Source: an uncultured delta proteobacterium (lineage in GTDB: Bacteria; Myxococcota; Kuafuiibacteriia; Kuafuiibacteriales; Kuafuiibacteriaceae). From it: DNA of 64,000 bases. Every line of letters starts with the position of its first letter. Position 1 is the first letter of the stretch. The stretch covers positions 1,248,001-1,312,000 of the forward strand of contig CAWDML010000009.1 of the NCBI GenBank assembly GCA_963803435.1, given 5' to 3'. Below are positions 1 to 8,345 of the stretch, piece after piece. The notes under the pieces were generated by a model that saw nothing but the letters and a program-made list of their open reading frames with translations, was not told where the DNA came from and searched no databases. Made by a program: the position numbers and the translations under genes.

Positions 1-63
1 CGATGATCTCCGCACGGAAGTGCGCGACCTCCTCGCCAGGGTCCTGGGTTTCAGATCGTCCAT
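1..63 (-). mobile_element. Probable 5' end of a DDE integrase/transposase gene running off the window edge (one indel near codon 7)
   Basis: ATG at 63 follows an AGGAG Shine-Dalgarno. Restoring one base gives MDDLKP(K)DPGEEVAHFRAEII, which resembles the N-terminus of myxobacterial DDE transposases as I recall it. Only 21 codons are visible. Confidence 0.35.
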
Positions 64-407
64 TCGGTTCTCCTGTTCTGCGGCGCTTCCCCTTGCGACG
101 CAGAGAGACCTTCCGAGGATGAGCCGGGCCTGTGCTGTGGACCTACGTGGTGGGCGGCGCTTCCTCCGTGATCATGCGGCGCTCGCCATCATCGCTCCGT
201 CCATCGCTGACACTCCGATGATGGTGGTGGTGAGCGCGGAATGCGCCGCCAGCGAGCGGCCGATAGACTCCGCGGCCCGGCGTCGCGAGAGATCCCGTGG
301 AGGGCGGAGGAGTCGGCCAAAGAGTCGTCCGGTCCGGATCTGATCAATCCATCGCGGGAGTGTCCGCCACCGGAGTTCGGCGTCGAGACCATGCTCCTTC
401 CTCGGGC

Positions 408-608
408 TTACGGCTTCCCGAACACACGGTTAAACTTCTCGCCGTCTTGCACCCTCCGGCAGCCGTCGCCGCCGGCGCGTGCTATCCTCAGGTTCGAGGC
501 CATTTCGACGGCTTCGAGATAGTCGAAGCGTTCTACGACGCCTCCACTCGGACGGATGCCCTTGAGAGTTCCTACCCAGCTCATCACCATCCTTTTGGTG
601 ATGATCAT
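408..608 (-). CDS. Small hypothetical ORF (66 aa, MIITKRMVMSWVGTLKG...)
   Basis: A GGAGGT Shine-Dalgarno lies directly upstream of the ATG at 608. Codon usage is atypical and I recognise no motif. Confidence 0.25.
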   Translation of the reverse strand: MIITKRMVMSWVGTLKGIRPSGGVVERFDYLEAVEMASNLRIARAGGDGCRRVQDGEKFNRVFGKP

Positions 609-828
609 GCGGACCTCCGGTGCGCGGGCAGAGCATGGTCCGCTCTCTCTCACGGTGGGTGCACGTGGCTTTGGGTTTCTCTTTGACGCTCCTCCAGACT
701 TCGCCGGGGGCCCAGGCATCTCGGTCGGTCTCCTCGCATTTGAATACCTGCGAATTGATGCGCCGGTAGCGAGGCCCAGCCGCGGCGCCGAGCCGGTGTC
801 CGAAACGCGCGTTGCGGGATAGGACGTG

Positions 829-940
829 ATGTCCTCGGGATCCCACCGCACCATCGTCGTCCCCGTTGATCTCTCGCCCGTCTCGAAGGTCGCGTTCGAG
901 GCGGCGTGAGCTCGCCAGGCGTCGCAGACCGCGACTTCGG
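829..940 (+). pseudogene. Universal stress protein (USP) N-terminal remnant
   Basis: AGGA then ATG 829 reads MSSGSHRTIVVPVDLSPVSKVAFEAA; after a one-base shift it continues ELARR. This is the typical USP beta1-alpha1 start, and it stops short of the converging GST 3' end. Confidence 0.5.
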
Positions 941-951
941 CGTGGTCCGGA

Positions 952-1650
952 TCACTTGGGGATGGTGAGCCCGCGGATCACGGCGGGACGAGCGCGGAAG
1001 CTCTCCAGAACCCGACCCACCTCGCGGAAGTCGGAGAAGCCCACCAGGTCGCCGGCGTCGTAGAAGCCGAGCAGGTTGTTGATCCAGGGAAAGACGGCGA
1101 TGTCTGCGATGGAGAAGTCGTCGTCCATGATCCAGGCTCGGCCTTCGAGATGCCCGTTCAGGACCTCGAGCAACCGCTTGGACTCGCCGACATAGCGATC
1201 GCGCGGGCGCTTGTCGTCGTAGTGCTTGCCGGCGAACTTGTGGAAGAAGCCCAGCTGCCCGAACATGGGGCCGATCCCGCCCATCTGGAACATCAGCCAC
1301 TGGATGGCCTGGTACCTGCGGCCCGGATCGCTCGGCAGCAGCTGGCCGGTCTTGTCCGCCAGGTAGAGCAGGATGGCGCCGGACTCGAACAGCGGCAGGG
1401 GCCTGCCGCCCGGCCCATCGGGGTCGATGATGGCGGGGATCTTGTTGTTGGGGTTGAGGGAGAGGAACTCGGGTGACATCTGCTCCTGCTTCGAGAGGTC
1501 GACCTTGTGCACCTCGTAGGGGAGGCCGGTCTCCTCCAGGCAGATGGCCACCTTCACCCCGTTGGGGGTGGAGAGGGAGTAGAGCTGGAGGCGATCGGGA
1601 TGGCGCGGAGGCCACCTGTGGGTGATGGGAAAGGAGGACAGATCGACCAT
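952..1650 (-). CDS. Glutathione S-transferase, Nu class (YfcG/YghU-like)
   Basis: Motifs LYSLSTPNGVKV, NPNNKIPAIID, LFESGAILLYLA, QWLMFQMGGIGPMFGQ and SIADIA. Confidence 0.93.
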   Translation of the reverse strand: MVDLSSFPITHRWPPRHPDRLQLYSLSTPNGVKVAICLEETGLPYEVHKVDLSKQEQMSPEFLSLNPNNKIPAIIDPDGPGGRPLPLFESGAILLYLADKTGQLLPSDPGRRYQAIQWLMFQMGGIGPMFGQLGFFHKFAGKHYDDKRPRDRYVGESKRLLEVLNGHLEGRAWIMDDDFSIADIAVFPWINNLLGFYDAGDLVGFSDFREVGRVLESFRARPAVIRGLTIPK

Positions 1651-1775
1651 GTCTCTCTCTCTCTCCTAGGTGATCTTCTTCTTCAGGCCCAGCAGCATCT
1701 CCGTTCTGGATCTTGCGCTTCCGTGTGCGAGTAAGTGCCATTTACTGGCCTTCGGTTCGACGCTATGGCCTCCAC

Positions 1776-3236
1776 ATGCGCGTACTCGCGTTCGTGGAGA
1801 TTGTCGGGCTCTCGCTCATGTGGGGATCTGCGGCCACCGCCCAGATCCCGAAGGCGTACTTCGGATTGCTCCACGCCCACACGTGGTACTCCGACGGCAG
1901 CGGCACGCCGGACGAGGCGTACGCCCGGGCCAAGACCAAGGGCCTCGACTTCTTCGCCGTCACGCCCCACAACCACGCGGAGGCCGAGTCGGGCGCGAAG
2001 GAGCGGAAGGACGGGGTCCTGATCGCCACCCGCCACGAGCTCTACGACGGGGCCAGCGACCTGACCTTCGAGCGACGATGGAAGGATCATGGAGAGTCGA
2101 AGCACCAGCGCTTCACCGGCCAGAAATCGGTCATCCGGGCCGCGAACGAGCGTACGGACGCCCACTTCGCCGCGCTCTACGGGCAGGAGTTCTCGACGAT
2201 CTCCAGCGGCAACCACGTGAACGTGCTCGACTACCCCCACGTCCTGACGCTGTCGAGCGGCGACTTCCGTCCGCTGTACCAGATGCTCGCGGCGAGCGGC
2301 GTGGCCTACGTGGTGCAGCTCAACCACCCCGACGTTCACACCGATCTCTTCTACTCCGGCAACGACCCCAAGACGAAGAGCCAGATGTACAACGACTACG
2401 GATTCGACGAGTACCAGCAGGACTTCGCGCTGCTGGTGGCGGCCGCGGATCCTTTCGTGATGTTGTGCGAGCTCTTCAGCGGTCCGGCGATGAAGCAGCA
2501 GCGCATCGCCGGGTACCACTATGAGGACCACGAGGACGACTACTACTTCTACCTGGTCCAGGGCTTCCACATCAGCCCTTCCGCGGGGGAGGACAATCAT
2601 TACGCCACCTGGGGAGACGTCACGGATGCACGCATGGGCGTCTACGCCAAGAAGGGAACCGCCGGAGATCTTCTGGAGGCGATGCGTGCGAATCGAACGT
2701 TCGCGTCCGAGGACGAGGACCTGTCGGTCATGCTCAGGATCAACAGCCAGGAGATGGGGAGCGTCCTCACGCTCCCCGCCGACGCGCCGCTCGACATCCG
2801 GGTGGAGATCTCCGATGCCGACGAGCCCTCCGCCGACTACGATGTGACGCTCGTGTATGGCGACGTGGCGGCGGCGAATCGTACCAACCTGGTGGAGTGG
2901 CGCGCGAAGGATGGCGAGCTCGAGGAAGCCTCTCGCCACGGGAATGGCGCGGTGCAGCTCACCGGATATCTCGCGTCCGGGCGGCCCGAATTCTTCTATG
3001 CCCGGATCACTCAGAACGGGGGTCAGCGCGCCTTCACGGCTCCGGTATGGATCAACCATCCGCGCCCGGAGAGCGGCGCAGGGTACGTGTGGTCGAAGAA
3101 ATCGAAGAGCAAGCTCTATCACGACTCCACGTGTAAGGTGGTGCAGATGATCAGCCCGGCGAACCTCGTCACCGGCACTCCGCCTGCGGGCTGGAGGAAG
3201 CACGACTGCAAGCTCGTCGAGACGGACGGGCACTGA
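1776..3236 (+). CDS. Secreted PHP-family (CehA/McbA-like) metallohydrolase with a C-terminal Ada-like metal-binding domain
   Basis: Signal peptide; motifs LHAHTWYSDG, VTPHNH, GQEFS, GNHVN, NHP and EDNH; C-terminal SKLYHDSTC...HDC. The start at ATG 1776 is preferred over the ORF-track start at 1713. Confidence 0.75.
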   Translation: MRVLAFVEIVGLSLMWGSAATAQIPKAYFGLLHAHTWYSDGSGTPDEAYARAKTKGLDFFAVTPHNHAEAESGAKERKDGVLIATRHELYDGASDLTFERRWKDHGESKHQRFTGQKSVIRAANERTDAHFAALYGQEFSTISSGNHVNVLDYPHVLTLSSGDFRPLYQMLAASGVAYVVQLNHPDVHTDLFYSGNDPKTKSQMYNDYGFDEYQQDFALLVAAADPFVMLCELFSGPAMKQQRIAGYHYEDHEDDYYFYLVQGFHISPSAGEDNHYATWGDVTDARMGVYAKKGTAGDLLEAMRANRTFASEDEDLSVMLRINSQEMGSVLTLPADAPLDIRVEISDADEPSADYDVTLVYGDVAAANRTNLVEWRAKDGELEEASRHGNGAVQLTGYLASGRPEFFYARITQNGGQRAFTAPVWINHPRPESGAGYVWSKKSKSKLYHDSTCKVVQMISPANLVTGTPPAGWRKHDCKLVETDGH

Positions 3237-3256
3237 TTGATCGGTCGAGTGGGAAC

Positions 3257-3775
3257 ATGATGTTCGAGACCGAAAAGGCACGCTGCGTCGTGCGCGTGTT
3301 TCGTGAGGGGCTCCTGGCCACCGTCGGCCACGATCTCCTCCTCGAGGTGACGGACTTCCACCTGACCGTCGCGGAGGATCGGTCGGTCCAGGCCGAGGGT
3401 CGCGCCGACAGCCTCGAGGTGCTCGGGGCGGTGAAGAACGGCGCCGTCGACACCCGGGCGCTCTCCGCGGACGACCTGCGCACGATCAAGAAGGACATGG
3501 ACAAGCAGGTGCTCGAGGTCTCGCGCCATCCCCAGGTGACGTTCCGCTCGACCTCGGTGACCGAGAGCGGCAGCCGCTACCGGGTCTCGGGCCTTCTCAC
3601 GCTCCACGGCTCCGAGCAGCGCGTGGAGGTGACCGTCGAGACGAGCCCGCGCGAGGCGGTGGCGAAGATGACGGTCCACCAGCCCAGCTTCGGCATCAAG
3701 CCGTTCCGCGCCATGCTGGGCGCGCTCAAGATCAAGCCGGACGTCATCGTCGAGGTGACGGTTCCGATCGCCTGA
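3257..3775 (+). CDS. YceI-family protein
   Basis: GLLATVGHDL, VLEVSRHPQVTFRST, GLLTLHG and FGIKPF match a YceI lipid/polyisoprenoid-binding barrel. Confidence 0.85.
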   Translation: MMFETEKARCVVRVFREGLLATVGHDLLLEVTDFHLTVAEDRSVQAEGRADSLEVLGAVKNGAVDTRALSADDLRTIKKDMDKQVLEVSRHPQVTFRSTSVTESGSRYRVSGLLTLHGSEQRVEVTVETSPREAVAKMTVHQPSFGIKPFRAMLGALKIKPDVIVEVTVPIA

Positions 3776-3872
3776 CGAGCTCCGGCCGCGTCTACCGCAC
3801 CACGACGTCGTGATGAGCGATGATCGCGCACATCACCTCTTGCTGCTCAGGCTCCCGGGACGTTGTGCTTCT

Positions 3873-4268
3873 TCAGGCACCGCAGGATCTGATCGCCTGC
3901 GGCCATGAAGCCACCAGGGCGAGGACGTCCCGCAGCCGCTCCAGCGAGCTCCGGAAGCCCACCCGCTCGAGGAGATAGGCGCCGAGGACCGCCTCGAGCG
4001 TGTTCCCCAGCGCGATCCCGACGGCGACGCCGCCGGAGGCGCCCTGCCAGAGGTTGGCCACCAGAGCGCCGAGCGCGATCCCCGGCCAGACCTGCCGCCC
4101 CATGACCACGAGCGTGGCGAGCGCGATCCCGGTGGGGGGCCAGACCAGGGTCGCGAACCCGGCGGCCGGATCCAACATGAGACCGAGGCGAGCGGTGGCG
4201 ACATAGACCGCCGCCAGCAGGGGGATCAGAAGAGCGCTTCGCGCCGCGACGGTCCTTTCGGCGATCAT
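3873..4268 (-). pseudogene. Truncated MASE1 membrane sensor domain
   Basis: VYVATARLGL...LVWPPTGIALA...WPGIALGALVANL...GNTLEA...LERLRDVLAL is the N-terminal half of MASE1. The ORF then ends with no output domain. Confidence 0.7.
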
Positions 4269-4558
4269 CTCGGTCTCACGGGTCCACGTCAGCCGAAGAT
4301 GTGAGCGACTTGCCCAGGAGTCCACGGAAATCTGGGTCGAGGCGCGCGTGCAGGCTGTGCCGGACTCGAGCCGAGCACATCTCGGCGCTGCCGGTCGGGC
4401 GTGCAATCCGCGCCGATCAAGCCACCGGGACGCGCTCGACTTCCGTCGAACATCGTCCGGCCTGCGTCCGGATTCCGAACGACGTCCGAAATCCGGCGGA
4501 CGACCTTAGACACGTCCTTCGTCCCCGCCCGGCACGGGCCGTGCTCGAGCGGCGGAGG

Positions 4559-4921
4559 ATGCCGAGCCCCACCCAGCTCTTCGGCTTCGCGCGCGAACGG
4601 ATGGCGGCCGAGCTCCTGGAAGAGCAGGGCTACCGGATCGAGGCCCGGAACTGGCGCGGCGCGCACGGAGAGATCGATCTGATCGCCTGGGAGGGCGATC
4701 TGCTCTGCTTCGTCGAGGTGCGCGCCCGGACCCGCGAGGACTTCGGGCTCCCCGAAGAGACCGTCGATCGCAGGAAGCAGCGGAAGATCATCCGCGCGGC
4801 GCTCGCCTATCTCATCCAGTTTCCACCGCGCGGGATGCCGATGGCCCGCTTCGACGTGGTGGCGATCCTCGACGGCGTTCCGACGCTGATCCGCAACGCG
4901 TTCGATTGCGGTCGGGGGTGA
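4559..4921 (+). CDS. yraN: YraN family (UPF0102) PD-(D/E)xK nuclease-like protein
   Basis: GYRIEARNWRGAHGEIDLIA, LCFVEVRAR, RFDVVAI and LIRNAF; GGAGG immediately before ATG 4559. Confidence 0.9.
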   Translation: MPSPTQLFGFARERMAAELLEEQGYRIEARNWRGAHGEIDLIAWEGDLLCFVEVRARTREDFGLPEETVDRRKQRKIIRAALAYLIQFPPRGMPMARFDVVAILDGVPTLIRNAFDCGRG

Positions 4922-4923
4922 GG

Positions 4924-5973
4924 CTACTCGTCGGTAAGGAGGCGCTTCAGCTCGGCGCGGATGATCGTCTCCGCGAGCTCGGGGACCACCTCCCAGGCGA
5001 TGCGTTCGATGATCTCGCGGGCCATCGCCGTCATCTGGGCCTCGTCCACGCCGGGCACGGCCTGCGCCGCGGCACGGGCGACAGCCGGCGCGGCGAGCTC
5101 GGCCACGCGGGCGACGGCTCGGCGCGGCGGCGGCGGATCGAAGGCGGCCTGCGGCATCTCCTCCATCGGCATGTCGTCGATGGCGATCTCCTCGATGGGA
5201 TCGTCGGCGCCCGGCGGCGGTCCCGCGTCGGGGGCGCGCTGGACCTCTTCATCGAGCGCCCAGACGTCGACCTTGCGCCGGTGGCGGCTGGGCGGCGGCG
5301 GCGGATCGAGGGAGGGGCCCACGGCATGCTCGTCCACCGGCTCCTCGATCACGACGTCGTCGAGGCTCCCGCCCATCCCGGCGCCGCGCGTCACCTGGGA
5401 GCTGGGTACGGCCTTGGCCAGGGGCGGCGGCCGCGCCGGCGGCGGTCGCGCCGGCGAACGATCCGGGATCGGCGCAGCGAAGGGCGATGCCGGCGGCGCC
5501 TGTCCGTTGCTCGGCGCGGCCACATGGAGTGCCGGCTCGGGCTCGCTCTTCTCGCCTCGCTTGGCGAGCGTGGCGGCGAAGCTCTGCGGGACACCGTTGT
5601 CGAGCGGGAGCCCGATCTTCGACTTCACGAGATCGATGAGCGTCTGGGTGTCCCAGGGCTTGTCGATGTGGCCGTCGGCGCGAGCCTCCTCGCCACGGCC
5701 GGCGTCGAAGGGATCGAACTTGCTCGCCAGCAGCACGACAGGAATGCGGCCGGACGCCGAGCCTGCCTTGACGGCATTGCACAAGGCATAGCCGTCGGTG
5801 CCGGGCATGGAAGCATCGGCGAGGATCAGATCGGGTCGGATCTCGGCGATCGACTTGAGCGCCTGATCGGCGTTGTCGACGGAGACGACCTGAAAGTCGG
5901 TCGTGCGGAACGTCAGCTCGACGGCCCGACGGATCGTCCTGCTGTCGTCCGCCACGAGGATGGTCTTGCCCAT
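4924..5973 (-). CDS. romR: RomR-like polarity response regulator (receiver domain, Pro-rich linker, conserved Glu-rich C-terminus)
   Basis: N-terminal receiver domain (LVADDSRTIR, DLILADASMP, KPW), Pro-rich middle, and C-terminal REIIERIAWEVVPELAETIIRAELKRL characteristic of RomR. Confidence 0.85.
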   Translation of the reverse strand: MGKTILVADDSRTIRRAVELTFRTTDFQVVSVDNADQALKSIAEIRPDLILADASMPGTDGYALCNAVKAGSASGRIPVVLLASKFDPFDAGRGEEARADGHIDKPWDTQTLIDLVKSKIGLPLDNGVPQSFAATLAKRGEKSEPEPALHVAAPSNGQAPPASPFAAPIPDRSPARPPPARPPPLAKAVPSSQVTRGAGMGGSLDDVVIEEPVDEHAVGPSLDPPPPPSRHRRKVDVWALDEEVQRAPDAGPPPGADDPIEEIAIDDMPMEEMPQAAFDPPPPRRAVARVAELAAPAVARAAAQAVPGVDEAQMTAMAREIIERIAWEVVPELAETIIRAELKRLLTDE

Positions 5974-6053
5974 GAGAGCTCTAGAAGTCGCCAAAATCCG
6001 GCGCGTTAGACCGGACCTTCCATCTCGGCGGGTAACACGGGACCGACAGCCAA

Positions 6054-6632
6054 TCAAGGCCCGCCCGGATTTGACCGGGCGGATCGGCGGAGTCGAAGCA
6101 CCAGCGGCCGGCCCCGGTCGAGCCGGACCCGGTGCAGAGCGAAGGGGTCGGGGGTGAGCTCACCCTGGCTCGCAAAGGCCACCTCCCACCCCGCCGTCAG
6201 ATCGACCACCACCGGCACGTGGGTGTCGCGCGCCTTGGTCTGATCCGAGAATCGCAGCTCGATTGCGGCTTTGGGCGGCAGCGGCGCGGAGTAGAGGAGC
6301 GCCACGCCGAGCGTATCGTCGGCCGCGACGGGGAGATCGGTGCGGTACGGCGTCTTCGAGATGCGCGACAGCGCCACCTTCTCTCCGTCGATCCGGAGCT
6401 CGAAGTAGAGCATCGCCATCTGCTCGAGATAGCCCGTCAACTTGTCTTGCTCCTCGCTCGAGAGCCTGCCGTCCGCGTCGCGATCGAACAGGCCGCGGAT
6501 CTGGAGGGCATCCTGACCCGGGCTGACGTCGTAGTTGACGGCCAGCAGCACCTGCGCCTCCTTGACGCCGATCCGGAGCAGCTTCGGGTGCGTGAACTGG
6601 TGCGCGACCAGGAGCAAGAGGAGGCCGAGCAC
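6054..6632 (-). CDS. Exported hypothetical protein with a His-containing mature N-terminus and an EF-hand-like loop
   Basis: Short hydrophobic leader, then AHQFTHPK and DRDADGRLSSEE; divergent from the ABC substrate-binding gene. Confidence 0.6.
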   Translation of the reverse strand: MLGLLLLLVAHQFTHPKLLRIGVKEAQVLLAVNYDVSPGQDALQIRGLFDRDADGRLSSEEQDKLTGYLEQMAMLYFELRIDGEKVALSRISKTPYRTDLPVAADDTLGVALLYSAPLPPKAAIELRFSDQTKARDTHVPVVVDLTAGWEVAFASQGELTPDPFALHRVRLDRGRPLVLRLRRSARSNPGGP

Positions 6633-6678
6633 GCCGTCCAGTGTTGCACGGTGAGGGCGCCAAAGAGAATGATCTCGG

Positions 6679-8212
6679 CGTGCGATCCGCCGCTGTCCTG
6701 GTCCTCCTCGCCGGCTGCAGCCGTTGCGGCGAGGCCGTGCCGGATCGTCCGCTCACCATCGGCACGCTCTACGAGCCGACCACGCTCGATCCCGCGTTCG
6801 CCGACACCACGCCCGATCGAGAGATGGTCGAGCTCCTCTATCGCGGCTTGACCGTCGTCGACGACACGGGCCGACTCCAGCCTTCGCTGGCCGAGCGCCT
6901 CCCCGAGGCCACCACCGCCACCGACGGAACGGAGCACGTGCGTTGGCGCCTCCGCGCCGGGTACGCGTGGTCGGACGGCCGCCCCATCACTTCCACCGAC
7001 GTGCTGTTCGGCCACCTGATCGAGGTCGACGATCGCCTGGAGACGAGCAACCACGCGTCCGCGAAGAACGTCGCCCGCATGTCCGCCGAGGGTCCCTACG
7101 CGTTCACCACCGTCTGGAAGCGCCCGTACATCGACCACGCGGAGCCGCGGGTCCACGCGATCCTCCCCGCGCACGCGTATCCCTCGCCTGCGCCGCACGG
7201 CTTCGCCGGGATGGTGCGGGCTGAGGTGTCGAGCGGTCCCTATCGGCTGGAGGCGTGGGTGCCCGGGCAGTACCTGGCCGTCGTGCCGAACCCGGGATGG
7301 GGCGGTTCGCCTCCGCAGATCCCGCGCATCGTCTTTCGCTTCTTCAAGTCGGAGGACGGGCTGGTGGCGGCGTTCGAGGCCGGCGAGGTCGACGCCGCCG
7401 GCGAGGGATCGGGCCTCGGCCTCGACGCGGCGGATCTGCTGGCCGCGCACCTCGAAGCGACACACGTCGTCGACATGCAGCCGTCGGGAGGGTGGCTGCA
7501 TCTCGCGGTCAGGCTCGACCAACCCCCGCTGTCCGACGACCGCGTTCGCCGCGCGATCTCCATGGCGATCGATCGCGACGCGCTCGCCCGCGTGGTCTAC
7601 CACGGACACGCCCAGCCGGCGTTCGGCGTGTTCCCGGAGGGACACCCGGGCCACGCCGGTGCGGGCCCGCTCGCCTTCGACCCGGACGGTGCGCGACGAC
7701 TGATCGAGGCGGCCGGTGCGACGGGCGCGAAGATCGAGCTGATGTATCCGAGCAGCCCGGCCGCAGCGCGCGCTTCGGAGCTGATCGCCGAGGCGCTGAA
7801 GAACGTCGGGATCGAAGTGGACACGATCGGCGTCAACTTCCGGGTCCTGTCCGACAAGCTGCGCGCGAAGACGCAGGCTGGGTTGACGCTGTACGTCTGG
7901 CGGATCAGCCCGCTGTGGGACGGCCGCTCGCTGCTCCACTCGAGCGGAGCTCAGAACGCGTCCGGCCTCCACGACGCCGAGCTGGACCGGCTGCTCGACG
8001 ACGCGGAGGTCAGCACCGACCGCGCCGCGTGGAGTCGGCTCGTGCTGCAAGTGAACTTGCGCTTCCAGAAGGTCCTCCCGGACATCCCGCTCCTGTTCAA
8101 GGAGGTCCCCACGGTTCGCCCCAAAGGGCTCGACGGCTGGGCCCCCACCGGCAGCCGGACGCCTGTCACCTGGAACGCGGAGCGATGGCGGAATACCCGT
8201 TCCTCACCCTGA
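6679..8212 (+). CDS. Peptide/nickel ABC transporter substrate-binding lipoprotein (family 5)
   Basis: Lipobox LLAGC; motifs EPTTLDPA, LYRGLT, PSLAERLP, WSDGRPITSTDV, GPYRLEAW and RVRRAISMAIDR. GTG 6679 is the likely start. Confidence 0.9.
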
Positions 8213-8267
8213 CAGGCGCCGTTGGAAGCGGCTCGGGCGCCTTCGAGGGGGACCGCACCCACCCTGA

Positions 8268-8296
8268 TGGACGCAGGTCGAAAGTCTACGTATTTT
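8268..8296 (+). promoter_or_regulatory. Sigma70-like promoter for the kinase gene
   Basis: TGGACG-N17-TATTTT. Confidence 0.4.
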
Positions 8297-8345
8297 TGGG
8301 GGGGACGGTGACTCTCGGGGTCAGCCCTAGCTGGAGCCGCACGCC

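Noticed and set aside
400-830. Group II intron or structured ncRNA
   Set aside because: I could not identify a GUGYG 5' end with matching domain V/VI or a reverse transcriptase ORF; there is only one isolated hairpin.
4530-4545. Sigma54-like site upstream of yraN (CGGCACG-N4-GTGCT)
   Set aside because: The spacing fits, but it deviates from consensus, is also a simple GC-rich palindrome, and would put the transcription start inside the Shine-Dalgarno. Too weak to call.
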